Below the pieces are notes generated by a model. That model was not told the DNA's origin. It did no database searches and saw only the letters and a program-made list of their open reading frames with translations. Made by a program: the position numbers and the translations under genes. Shown here piece by piece: positions 1 through 8,501 of a DNA stretch of 52,200 nt. Every line of letters begins with the position of its first letter. Position 1 is the first letter of the stretch. This stretch comes from a virus (Duplodnaviria > Heunggongvirae > Uroviricota > Caudoviricetes). Location: the IMG/VR virus record IMGVR_UViG_3300022660_003821. One strand, given 5' to 3'.

Positions 1-599
1 TATATCTGACTTTTTAATTTCTTAATCTGTTCAAAGTATTCTCGCTTACGGCGCGGTTGCTTTTCGTTTGCCATCTTTCGTTCAAGCGTGGATATTTGAG
101 CAAGCAACTTCGCCCGTTGGTCGTTGTTGGCTATCTGCTCGGCAAGTGTATTGCCTTCCTCTACATCAATCTGCCCGATATGAGTCACAATGTTTTCCCA
201 AACGGTATCGAGATTCAATCCCGATAATGGAAGTGCAGTTTCGTTCGTAGGTTGCCAAGCCGATGAAATAAGTTTGGTGTGGTATATGGCAAATTGTGTC
301 AGCTCCTCATATTGCAGAGCCAACACCATCTTTTGCGGAATGAGTTTCGTCAGCAAGGCGATATTCTTCGTGTCATACTCCTTGCGTTTCATCTGTACGG
401 TAAGCACATAGAACTCTTTTATCTCTGCTCCTTCGCTCAGTGCCGGAACGGTAGCCGATGAAACTACCGCCACAATATCTATGCGTGCTATATCGGCATC
501 GAAACTCTCGCGCTGTGAGGGTTTCAAGTCAAACTTCGCATAAATTGCTTTCTTTGGAAGCTGCTTCTTTCGCTCTGTAGATATGGGAAGACCGTACAT
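1..599 (-). CDS. DUF4391-like protein, partial (runs off the window edge near its C-terminus)
   Basis: Not in the ORF track; translated by hand from ATG 599: MYGLPISTERKKQLPKKAIYAKFDLKPSQRESFDADIARIDIV...LPLSGLNLDTVWENIV. Starts 2 nt after the helicase stop, the usual helicase-DUF4391 arrangement. Confidence 0.75.
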   Translation of the reverse strand, partial: MYGLPISTERKKQLPKKAIYAKFDLKPSQRESFDADIARIDIVAVVSSATVPALSEGAEIKEFYVLTVQMKRKEYDTKNIALLTKLIPQKMVLALQYEELTQFAIYHTKLISSAWQPTNETALPLSGLNLDTVWENIVTHIGQIDVEEGNTLAEQIANNDQRAKLLAQISTLERKMANEKQPRRKREYFEQIKKLKSQI

Positions 600-601
600 A
601 G

Positions 602-3600
602 TTATTTGATTACCAAAAAGCAGATTAACTCAAAGTCATCCAATCCTCGTATCTCCTCGGTAAAGAGTGAACCTTGTACACCACTGAGAAAAGAATCAAT
701 ATCGCTCTCCTCCTTTACATTGATAATCGAGGCAATGGCATCACCCAACAGGTCGGAATAGTGCTGCATATTCTTACCGTCACGAGTGATGCGGTTAAAC
801 TCTCTGCAAATACCCATATCGGGAGTATCCTTGCCCTTACACAAGAAACGCAAGCGGTCAAGCAACTCTTTAGGCGACAGATGATTGACAATGACCTCTT
901 TGTCGTCCGAGATATATACCATATAGAATGGGTGCAGGCGGTTCTTATGGTCGATGTTCACTCCGTTGTTACGGTTCTTCAAGACATAGACTACGCCCGA
1001 AGGATTATCTTCGCGGGCTGAAACAACAGCGTGCAATCCGAATGGTGTATGTTCGATGTTCGGGTGTTCTTTGAGGTATGCCAACAGGTCCATTCGGAAC
1101 TCATTCAACCCCAAATCCATAATGGAGATGCCCGTATTCATCTCCTCAATATCTACTACCTCACTTTGTAGCCGTTTCAACTGTTCACGGCGATACTCAA
1201 GGTCGCCTTTTTCTTCGGGAGATATAGGATTATCATCACCTGTACTTGTGAGTACTGAGACTTTCATTCTCGCCTCTACACGTCCTTTGAGGTCGATATA
1301 TTCATCGAGCGTTACATTTGGCCAATAGTTTACTAGCTGAATGACTTTGTTTCGGCTGCCGATACGGTCGATACGTCCGAAGCGTTGGATAATACGGACA
1401 GGGTTCCAGTGTATATCGTAGTTGATGAGATAGTCGCAATCCTGCAAGTTCTGACCTTCCGAAATACAATCAGTGGCAATAAGCACATCTATTTCGTCTT
1501 GTATATGCGGATAGATGGTTGCTTTCTCCTTGGATATTGGAGAAAACAATGTAAGCACCTTGTTGAAGTCCAACTTCTCACGCTGAGGCAGTCGTAACGT
1601 ACTGCGTGCCTCTACATCACCTGAAACAAGGGCTGTATGCAATCCGTGTTTAGCTTTGATAGGCTCAGCCAAGCAATCATAAAGGTATTCGGCAGTATCG
1701 CTGAAGGCTGTGAAGATTATCACCTTCTTGTTGCCCTCATTGATAGGATTGGCAAACTTATGGCGAAGGTCGGCAACAAGCTGTTGCAACTTGCTATCGT
1801 GTTCAGGAGTAATATCTGCCAACATCAGCAACAACAGATTAAGGTTCTCCATATCCTCCTCCAAATATCTACGCCAAGCGATATGGTCAAGGTCTTGCAG
1901 AGCAATTCTTGTCTTCTTGCCTCCGATGAACATATCTGTTTCACGGTCATCGTAATCAAGATTTTGCGATATGTCTTCTAACTCCAATTCGAAGTTCTCA
2001 CCCTGCTCAATGGTTGCCAGCTTATCAATGGTAGATGATATGAGGTTCTTGATGCGTTCAAGAGTCAAGCGGAAAGAGTTCACCGAACTCTCCAAACGCT
2101 TCAGTAGGTTAATGCTCATCAGTCGGCGAATGCCCTTTTCACGTCCTGCCATACCACGACCGGCAAAGTAACCACCATCACTATCGGTATCAATATATTT
2201 CTCCACTCGACTTGCCAAAATAAAGTCCGAGGGTGTATAAATAGCCAAATTCAATCGGCTGACAATCTCATAAATTTCATTATAGTTGATAGCCGAATCA
2301 AGGTCGGTCAAGTCGGGACGGCGAGGAATAGGCGTTAGTCGTGTTGGGAACTTGCCAATATCTGCTGTATCGTAATATTGCTCGATATGCTTACGACTTC
2401 GGGCAATGGTTACACTATCCAATACCTCAAAGAAATCGAAACTCAAACGGTTTAACAACTCTTTGGTTGTGCGTTCCTCTGCCGGAAGTTTTGCCCAAAT
2501 GTTATACTCTTTCTGTGCCTGGCGGAAAATGTCGTCAATGCTTGATGAGGTATTGAGCAGTTCATCTATTTTTTCACTCTCACCCTCGTATGCAAGTTGG
2601 ATTTGATTCTTTAGGTCATTGAAACGGTTGTTGACGGGAGTAGCCGAAAGCATCAATACTTTGGTCTTTACTCCCGAACGGATAACCCGATTCATCAATT
2701 GCAGATAACGGTTCTCACGAGGGTTATCGTCATTCTCATCTGTTGTTACCTTACCGCCATTACGGAAGTTGTGGCTCTCATCGATAACCACAAGGTCATA
2801 GTTCCCCCAATTGATGTATGATAGGTCTTGTCCGTTAGTCTTACCACCTTTGCGAGAAAGGTCGCTATGGAAGAATACATCGTATCGTAAGCGGTCTTTG
2901 GCAATTGGGTTATTCAGGTAGTTGCTCTTGTAGGTAATCCAGTTGTCATTGAGCTTCTTGGGACATAGAACCAATACAGACTTATTGCGGTTCTCGTAAT
3001 ACTTGATAACCGAAAGGGCTGTAAAGGTCTTACCCAATCCTACGCTATCTGCAAGGATACAGCCGTTGTATTTTTCCAACTTGTTAATGATGGCAAGGCA
3101 AGCATCCTTTTGGAAGTTGTAGAGTTTGTTCCATATCTGACTCTCCTTGAATCCAGTAGCTTCGTTAGGTAGATCATCCTCTGAGAGGTCATCCAAGAAC
3201 TCACGGAAGATATTATAGAGCGTAACGAAATAGAGGAAATCGGGAGCATTCTCCTTATAGGCATTGGTGATGTTATCCAAAACCTTGTCTGTTACTACTT
3301 GCATCTTTGCATTGTCATTCCAAACTTGGTCGAACAATGACAGATACTGTTGTGAGAATGGGGCCGAGAACTTGTTTATCATCGTATATGCATTGTCGCC
3401 ACGCTCACAACCCAACTCTACGGTTGTAAACCCTGTAATGGGCATATAGGCTTTATCATCGATGGTGGCAAAGCCCATCATATTCTCACCTGTGCGATTA
3501 CTTTTGAAGCACGCCTTTTGGCGTATCCAATCGGCACACTCTTTGGCAATAGCCTTTTGGGATAGCTCATTGCGGAGTTTGATTTCAAACTCAGAACCAT

Positions 3601-3847
3601 ATAGATTGCGTTCGCGATTTAGACGAGGTATATAGAACTCTCTCTTTTGCTTGTTGGCTTTTTCGGTAACGAATGTGGGAGAAGTGAAGATGAAACGCAG
3701 CTCATCAATATCCTTGAGTTGTGCTTTCAGCTCTTCAAATGCGTAGATTGAAAAGCACGAAGCCGCAATAGCCACTTTACTGCCACTGCGTAACTCCGTA
3801 ACAAAATCACCTTTTAAGGTCTTGTTAATATTATCTATCAGCTCCAT
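602..3847 (-). CDS. SNF2-family (SF2) helicase/ATPase with N-terminal PLD-like region; restriction/defence-associated
   Basis: Walker A ADSVGLGKT, Walker B DESH, motif III LSATP, motif VI QRFGRIDRIG; 1081 aa. Confidence 0.9.
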   Translation of the reverse strand: MELIDNINKTLKGDFVTELRSGSKVAIAASCFSIYAFEELKAQLKDIDELRFIFTSPTFVTEKANKQKREFYIPRLNRERNLYGSEFEIKLRNELSQKAIAKECADWIRQKACFKSNRTGENMMGFATIDDKAYMPITGFTTVELGCERGDNAYTMINKFSAPFSQQYLSLFDQVWNDNAKMQVVTDKVLDNITNAYKENAPDFLYFVTLYNIFREFLDDLSEDDLPNEATGFKESQIWNKLYNFQKDACLAIINKLEKYNGCILADSVGLGKTFTALSVIKYYENRNKSVLVLCPKKLNDNWITYKSNYLNNPIAKDRLRYDVFFHSDLSRKGGKTNGQDLSYINWGNYDLVVIDESHNFRNGGKVTTDENDDNPRENRYLQLMNRVIRSGVKTKVLMLSATPVNNRFNDLKNQIQLAYEGESEKIDELLNTSSSIDDIFRQAQKEYNIWAKLPAEERTTKELLNRLSFDFFEVLDSVTIARSRKHIEQYYDTADIGKFPTRLTPIPRRPDLTDLDSAINYNEIYEIVSRLNLAIYTPSDFILASRVEKYIDTDSDGGYFAGRGMAGREKGIRRLMSINLLKRLESSVNSFRLTLERIKNLISSTIDKLATIEQGENFELELEDISQNLDYDDRETDMFIGGKKTRIALQDLDHIAWRRYLEEDMENLNLLLLMLADITPEHDSKLQQLVADLRHKFANPINEGNKKVIIFTAFSDTAEYLYDCLAEPIKAKHGLHTALVSGDVEARSTLRLPQREKLDFNKVLTLFSPISKEKATIYPHIQDEIDVLIATDCISEGQNLQDCDYLINYDIHWNPVRIIQRFGRIDRIGSRNKVIQLVNYWPNVTLDEYIDLKGRVEARMKVSVLTSTGDDNPISPEEKGDLEYRREQLKRLQSEVVDIEEMNTGISIMDLGLNEFRMDLLAYLKEHPNIEHTPFGLHAVVSAREDNPSGVVYVLKNRNNGVNIDHKNRLHPFYMVYISDDKEVIVNHLSPKELLDRLRFLCKGKDTPDMGICREFNRITRDGKNMQHYSDLLGDAIASIINVKEESDIDSFLSGVQGSLFTEEIRGLDDFELICFLVIK

Positions 3848-3923
3848 ACCGTTACCACATTAAGTAGGTTGGATATCGGGCTTCAGATAACCATAATGTT
3901 AATTCTTATTTCTGTTCAGACAC

Positions 3924-4019
3924 AAAAAAAGCGTGAAGCCCTGCACTGTCGCTCGCTTCACGATCTGAGGCCTTCGCATTGCCCTACCTGTCGAAACGAG
4001 CAACGCATAAGCCCCACGC
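3924..4019 (-). terminator. Long hairpin plus U7 tract in the leader of the helicase operon (terminator/attenuator-like)
   Basis: Minus strand: GCGTGGGGC pairs with GCTTCACGC (9 bp, two G-U); inner GTTGCTCGTTTC pairs with GAAGCGAGCGAC (12 bp); followed by T7 (plus 3924-3930 = A7). Confidence 0.6.
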
Positions 4020-4700
4020 CGATATGTATAACACAACCTCTATACCGTTTGTTACCATAAGTATGGATACACTAATGGCTATTCGGCATTTGAGGTATGT
4101 ATATAACACACCTACGGGGCATCTACGTTGCTTTGTTTTTGACAGGACTTTTGAAATTTTCTCAGGATTTCTAATCGTCAAACCCAAAGCGTAGTAAACG
4201 CCTTTTCATATGTCTTGTCCCACCCTCCCGTTCTTCTCCATTGGAGATAGAACTATCGGCGTAGGACTTTGCGATAATTTAGCAAATGAATAGGTGAAAG
4301 TTTCTTTTCTCCTACAAAATCGCAATCAATAATCGCAAACTTTGCATGCAAAGTTAAACAAAATATTCTCTTCGGCATATAAAGTTGTGTAACAAAATGC
4401 ATTTACCCTGTCTTATAATAGCGTTTTATAGATGAATTTTCACCCGACTTTGGAGGATAGGATACCGATAGGTAGTTTTGGGACGCCGAAAACATTTCGG
4501 GTGCCCCAAAACACAACTTGCTATGTTCGCTTGAACATAAATTTCCAGTGCCTGGAAATTACCATACAGCAGTCTAAATTTTACTCAAATATCAGCATTG
4601 GTGCGTTGGTTATAACACTTATTGGTTACTTGTTTATAACCAATAAGCAAATCAAGCAATAAAGAATGAGTGTAATCATTAGTGATTATAACAAGTAATG

Positions 4701-4764
4701 CAATCACTCAATCTTGCAATCTGCCAGACTTGCAGTCACACAATCTTGCAGTCTGTCAATCACT
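4701..4764. repeat. Eight tandem degenerate 8-bp units (CARWCnnn)
   Basis: caatcact caatcttg caatctgc cagacttg cagtcaca caatcttg cagtctgt caatcact. Confidence 0.8.
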
Positions 4765-4990
4765 CTTTCTGTAATTGGATTAGCTATTTACTTTCTAAAA
4801 TACTACCAATTATGCAATCTAATGACACCTGAGGACACGTTATGTCGGGTCTGAAGAGCGTATTGTTTTTTGTTTTTACTTAGCACTCAGAAAACCACGA
4901 GTAAGCGAGGGCAAAGGGAGTTTACTTGCTTTGCCGAGCGAAAGTGGGTTCGTGAAACAATAGAATGTTTAATGTAAAAATGAAATAGTT

Positions 4991-5269
4991 ATGGAGATTA
5001 TCAGTATTGAGAAAAAGACCTTTGAGGAGCTTGTGTCGCACCTCGGGCAGTTCGTTAAGCGAATGGATCGTATCAATCGCCAGCGTGGTGGCAGGCGTAT
5101 GAGTGATTGGATGGACAATCAAGATGTCTGCCAAGTGTTGAAGATTAGCCCTCGCACATTGCAGACTCTTCGGGATAGCGGGCGATTGCCACACTCAAAG
5201 ATTAACAATCGTATCTACTATCGCCCTGAAGATGTGGAGCGACTTATCGCAGATTGTAATGATGTTTAA
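4991..5269 (+). CDS. Helix-turn-helix (MerR-like/excisionase) protein
   Basis: WMDNQDVCQVLKISPRTLQTLRDSGRLPHSKI...IYYR: the typical Bacteroidales mobile-element HTH_17 pattern. Confidence 0.85.
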   Translation: MEIISIEKKTFEELVSHLGQFVKRMDRINRQRGGRRMSDWMDNQDVCQVLKISPRTLQTLRDSGRLPHSKINNRIYYRPEDVERLIADCNDV

Positions 5270-5280
5270 CCTAAAATTTT

Positions 5281-5580
5281 ATGCCTATGAGTAATGAAGT
5301 TATCACGCACAAGCACGAGTGGGTACGCGGTCTATTCTCAGAACTTGACCGCATCGCCAAAGATGCCGCAACGATGGCAGATGAGAATCAACCGTTATTG
5401 GGTGGCGAACACTATTTGACCGACAGGGAGTTATCGCAACGCTTGAAAATCAGTCGTCGCACTTTGCAAGACTATCGCAACAACGGCATTTTGCCGTACC
5501 GCCAACTGGGTGGAAAAATCCTCTATCGTGAAAGCGATATTGAACGAGTATTGCAAAGTTGCTATCGAGGCAAGTTTTAG
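5281..5580 (+). CDS. Second HTH excisionase-like protein
   Basis: YLTDRELSQRLKISRRTLQDYRNNGILPYRQLGGKILYRESDI; tandem with the previous HTH gene. Confidence 0.85.
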   Translation: MPMSNEVITHKHEWVRGLFSELDRIAKDAATMADENQPLLGGEHYLTDRELSQRLKISRRTLQDYRNNGILPYRQLGGKILYRESDIERVLQSCYRGKF

Positions 5581-5780
5581 ATTATACCCTATAAGGTATA
5601 ATATGGGGTAAGTACTTGCAAATTACACCCGATAGGGTATATTATAAGTGTAAAGGAAACACTGACTGAACTTATTATGCAGAGTTGGGAGCGAGCTGCC
5701 TTTGTCCCCAGCTCTGTTTTTCATAATAATAGCGGCTTGATTGTAATTTGAAGATAGATACTCTTAATAGATTTGACCTG

Positions 5781-5972
5781 GAAGCTGTTTGAATTTTATT
5801 TCGAGATTATTTGAGAGCTAATTTCGTGTAAATTTTCATTTGGGGTATGCAGGTAATAGTGGACTATTTCCAATTATCACAAATGAAAAGTTGCCGAAAA
5901 GAGCCTCAAAGAAGCCGAAACTATCTTTTGCTGCAACGAACAAACTCTTTCAATAAAATTCAAAACAGCTTC
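5781..5972 (+). repeat. ~190-bp unit, copy B, with ~20-bp terminal inverted repeats; inverted copy of 7422-7612
   Basis: Ends GAAGCTGTTTGAATTTTATT / AATAAAATTCAAAACAGCTTC. Manual alignment to the reverse complement of 7422-7612 gives ~31 differences in 192 nt (~84%). Confidence 0.85.
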
Positions 5973-5990
5973 TTATTATGCGTCGTAGGT

Positions 5991-6161
5991 CGCTTCGCTT
6001 GCTTCGTCCCGAACCCTTTCTCAACTCGGACGGTGATACCGGAGAGTTTTTTCGGGTGAAAAATTATCGAAGAGAATTTTTTGCTCGAAAACCCTTGGGC
6101 TTGAACTCGCAGGTATTGCCCTCCGAGTTAACTTTATAATGGGGCGAAAGCAAGTGAAGCG
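5991..6161. repeat. Imperfect ~20-bp inverted repeat pair enclosing ~130 bp, just past the integrase stop
   Basis: CGCTTCGCTTGCTTCGTCCC (5991-6010) versus GGGGCGAAAGCAAGTGAAGCG (6141-6161). Confidence 0.6.
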
Positions 6162-6173
6162 TACCGCAGACCT

Positions 6174-7406
6174 CTATCCTAAATTTACGATTGCACTCTT
6201 TACATTCATCATATCCTTCAATATCGAACTGTCAAGCACTTTGGCATAGTGTTGCGTCATTTTGATATTAGAGTGCCCAAGCATCTTTGCCACATTCTCT
6301 ATACTTACACCGTTAGCCAAGCACACAGATGTAGCGTAGCTATGTCTAGCAATATGTGTGCTAAGGTGCTTCTGGATTCCGCAGACATCGGCTATCTCTT
6401 TTAGGTAGCTGTTCATATTCTGATTGCAAGGAACAGGCAGTAATACGCCACGCTTGATGCAAGTCGGGTGGTTTTCGTATTTTTTGAGTATTGCCAATGG
6501 GATATCCAGCAACGGGATATTACACATATTATTTGTCTTTTGGCGTGTCTTGCGAATCCAATAGTGTCCGTTGTTGTCTTGCACGATATGCTCGGCAGCG
6601 AGTTGCTGAACATCTATAAATGCCAAACCCGTAAAGGCGGCGAAGATAAATACATCACGCACCAATGCAAGACGAGGCAGCGAAAACTCCTTTTGATATA
6701 TTGTCATAAGTTCGTCCATCGTCAGGAACTCGCGGACAACCTCCTTCTCGTGGAACTTAATACCCGCAAAAGGATTCTTCTCTATCCACTCATTGGCAAG
6801 TGCAAGGTTGATAATCTTCTTCAAGCACTTCATATAGCGGATAACAGTATTCTGCTGACAATTCTTCTCGGTCTTCAGGTAGAACTCAAAGGCTCGCACA
6901 AGTTCGCCGTTTACCTCTGTAATAGGCAAATCCTCTTTGTCATATTTCAGTTTGATAAGTTCGGCAAGATAGCGAGTACAACTTTCGTAGCGCCTTACGG
7001 TGATTAGAGCAAAATCTTTACCCACCAAAGCTCGGCATTGCTCGTTGTGTTCACGCATAGTTCCGATGATGGTGCGTACTTGCTCCACCTTTTTGTCCAC
7101 CCCGAAGAACTTTTCCTGCAATATTCGGGCAGTGATAAGTTCCCCATTCTCTTCAAGTTGCGTGTAAATTCGGTGGAGTTTGATACGGCTTTCCTCGATG
7201 TAGTTATTAAGCTCGGTAGATTTACGGCTTTTACCTCTCGCACACTCCTTTGCCTGGTTCCACGATACAGGCTCAATACTTTTGCGGATGTTGGTTTCTA
7301 CTCTTGCGCCATTGACTGTGATACGCATACATACTGAAGCCTCACCGTTCTTCAGCAGCTTGGTTTTCTTGATAAAGAAAAGCACATTAAATGAATCTCG
7401 TCTCAT
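6174..7406 (-). CDS. int: Tyrosine recombinase/site-specific integrase (Bacteroidales ICE/IME type, N-terminal arm-binding domain)
   Basis: Catalytic region AFTGLAFID, HIARHSYAT, KMLGHSNIKMTQHYAK; 410 aa. Confidence 0.92.
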   Translation of the reverse strand: MRRDSFNVLFFIKKTKLLKNGEASVCMRITVNGARVETNIRKSIEPVSWNQAKECARGKSRKSTELNNYIEESRIKLHRIYTQLEENGELITARILQEKFFGVDKKVEQVRTIIGTMREHNEQCRALVGKDFALITVRRYESCTRYLAELIKLKYDKEDLPITEVNGELVRAFEFYLKTEKNCQQNTVIRYMKCLKKIINLALANEWIEKNPFAGIKFHEKEVVREFLTMDELMTIYQKEFSLPRLALVRDVFIFAAFTGLAFIDVQQLAAEHIVQDNNGHYWIRKTRQKTNNMCNIPLLDIPLAILKKYENHPTCIKRGVLLPVPCNQNMNSYLKEIADVCGIQKHLSTHIARHSYATSVCLANGVSIENVAKMLGHSNIKMTQHYAKVLDSSILKDMMNVKSAIVNLG

Positions 7407-7421
7407 TTTCTCCTACTTTGC

Positions 7422-7612
7422 GAAACTGGTTTGAATTTTATTAAATGAGTTAGCCGTTGACGCTATATATTGTTTCGGCTTCTTTGAGACTCTTTTCGGC
7501 ATCTTTTCATTTGTGCTATTTGAAAATAGCCCGCTATTCCCTGCATAGCCCAAACAAAAATCTACTCGAAAATAGTTCTCAAATAATCTCGAAATAAAAT
7601 TCAACCAGTTTC
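7422..7612 (-). repeat. ~190-bp unit, copy A, directly upstream of the integrase, with its own terminal inverted repeats
   Basis: Minus strand GAAACTGGTTGAATTTTATT...AATAAAATTCAAACCAGTTTC; ends 15 nt before the int ATG. Confidence 0.85.
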
Positions 7613-7727
7613 TGGTTAAACATTTACTCGACAAATGTAGGAATCCGAGTCCGTTTTGATACTATGCAAAATGTTGTGAATCAGCGAAAAACACTCTTTC
7701 AAGGTGGAGATGTTTGGAACACTCGTT

Positions 7728-7748
7728 TGCTCCACCTCCTGCTCCACC
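7728..7748. repeat. TGCTCCACC direct repeat; candidate integrase arm-type binding sites at the end of the left element
   Basis: Copies at 7728-7736 and 7740-7748, with inverted GGTGG(A/T) half-matches at 7703 and 7752. Confidence 0.45.
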
Positions 7749-7795
7749 AAAGGTGGTCGTGAACCGCACTTTTTTGCGTTTTTGGGGAAAATAAA

Positions 7796-7828
7796 AAATC
7801 CCGATTTTCGTTGAAAATCAGGATTTTA
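7796..7828 (-). terminator. Intrinsic terminator downstream of the tRNA 3' remnant
   Basis: AAAATCCCGATTTT-cgttg-AAAATCAGGATTTT; 14-bp stem with one mismatch, T-rich on the minus-strand 3' side. Confidence 0.7.
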
Positions 7829-7850
7829 CGTTGTTTTGCTTTTCTTTGTT

Positions 7851-7864
7851 GTGGTGCCACCAGG
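7851..7864 (-). other. att site: 3' end of a tRNA (probably tRNA-Phe), not a full tRNA
   Basis: Minus strand CCTGGTGGCACCAC matches my recollection of the Bacteroidales tRNA-Phe 3' end (...GGTTCGATTCCTGGTGGCACCA). The T-loop and 5' part are absent here; a terminator follows. Confidence 0.7.
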
Positions 7865-7979
7865 GTGACACTTTATTCGTTGTTATCTACTTGATAATCA
7901 TCACGATAGGGAGGCACGAGATTTGGTAATGTACACTTTCGATACACCACTTTGGCTGAAACCTCAGTTTATCTGTCTG

Positions 7980-8011
7980 CAAAGGTATGACGTTTTTCTC
8001 AAATCACCAAA
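7980..8011 (-). promoter_or_regulatory. Bacteroidota housekeeping promoter pointing outward across the att site
   Basis: Minus strand TTTG (8011-8008)-N20-TACCTTTG (7987-7980) fits the TTTG-N19-21-TAnnTTTG consensus. Confidence 0.55.
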
Positions 8012-8121
8012 TCTTTTAACTGATATTTAATGAACGAGTTATGAAAATGGCCTTAAAAATTCAGACTAACGTAATATTTGAAAGGTGTACGTAGCACATT
8101 GGTAGTACACAATAAAGAAAA

Positions 8122-8151
8122 ACTCCCGATAACACAATTGCTATCGGGAGT
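8122..8151 (-). terminator. Terminator at the end of the late operon
   Basis: ACTCCCGATA-N10-TATCGGGAGT perfect 10-bp stem, followed on the minus strand by TTTTCTTT. Confidence 0.75.
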
Positions 8152-8171
8152 CAACTATCAATTTAAGCGTA

Positions 8172-8501
8172 CTACAGATGGATATGTCCAAATACAAAAT
8201 AATGTAAGGCTGCACCAAACAAGCCGCCAAATGCAGTGGCCGCTAAGTCCAGCCAATCAAAGCCATTGTTACTCTTGAAAATCCCAAGAACGCCACCCTT
8301 CTGGCCGGCATAACACCAATCCTTATACTCAGTAGCAACACCAGCAGTAATAGCTGCACCAATGCCACATAAAGCTGCTGCAAGAAGACCGGCAATAAAA
8401 TGTTTGAATCGGTTGCTCTCTTGCATCCAGCCAAACCATGCTCTTAATTTTTCCTTCATTGTAGTTGTCGTTAAATTACACTGGAAGATGATATATGTCA
8501 C
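8172..8501 (-). CDS. Small membrane protein (two to three hydrophobic segments); possible holin-like
   Basis: FIAGLLAAALCGIGAAITAGVA and LAATAFGGLFGAALHYFVF; last gene of the late operon. Confidence 0.55.
   Translation of the reverse strand: MTYIIFQCNLTTTTMKEKLRAWFGWMQESNRFKHFIAGLLAAALCGIGAAITAGVATEYKDWCYAGQKGGVLGIFKSNNGFDWLDLAATAFGGLFGAALHYFVFGHIHL

Larger units (their letters stand above)
1..7790. mobile_element. Integrative mobile island (int, two xis-like genes, helicase/DUF4391 cargo); left end outside the window
   Basis: Integrase next to a tRNA 3' remnant, HTH pair and defence-type cargo; right boundary approximate. Confidence 0.75.

Noticed and set aside
3984-4187. 67-aa ORF in the helicase leader as a leader peptide
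   Set aside because: TTG start, no recognisable features, overlaps the structured region; no support beyond being open.
5581-5650. Short palindromes after the HTH pair (ATTATACC/GGTATAAT; TACCC/GGGTA) as oriT
   Set aside because: Stems are short and no relaxase gene is in the window.
5847-6059. 70-aa ORF and its look-alike 7413-7634 as paralogous proteins
   Set aside because: The shared NSFNKIQ is a by-product of translating the non-coding ~190-bp repeat.
7840-7930. Full tRNA gene
   Set aside because: Only the last 14 nt match; no T-loop, anticodon arm or D-arm follows.
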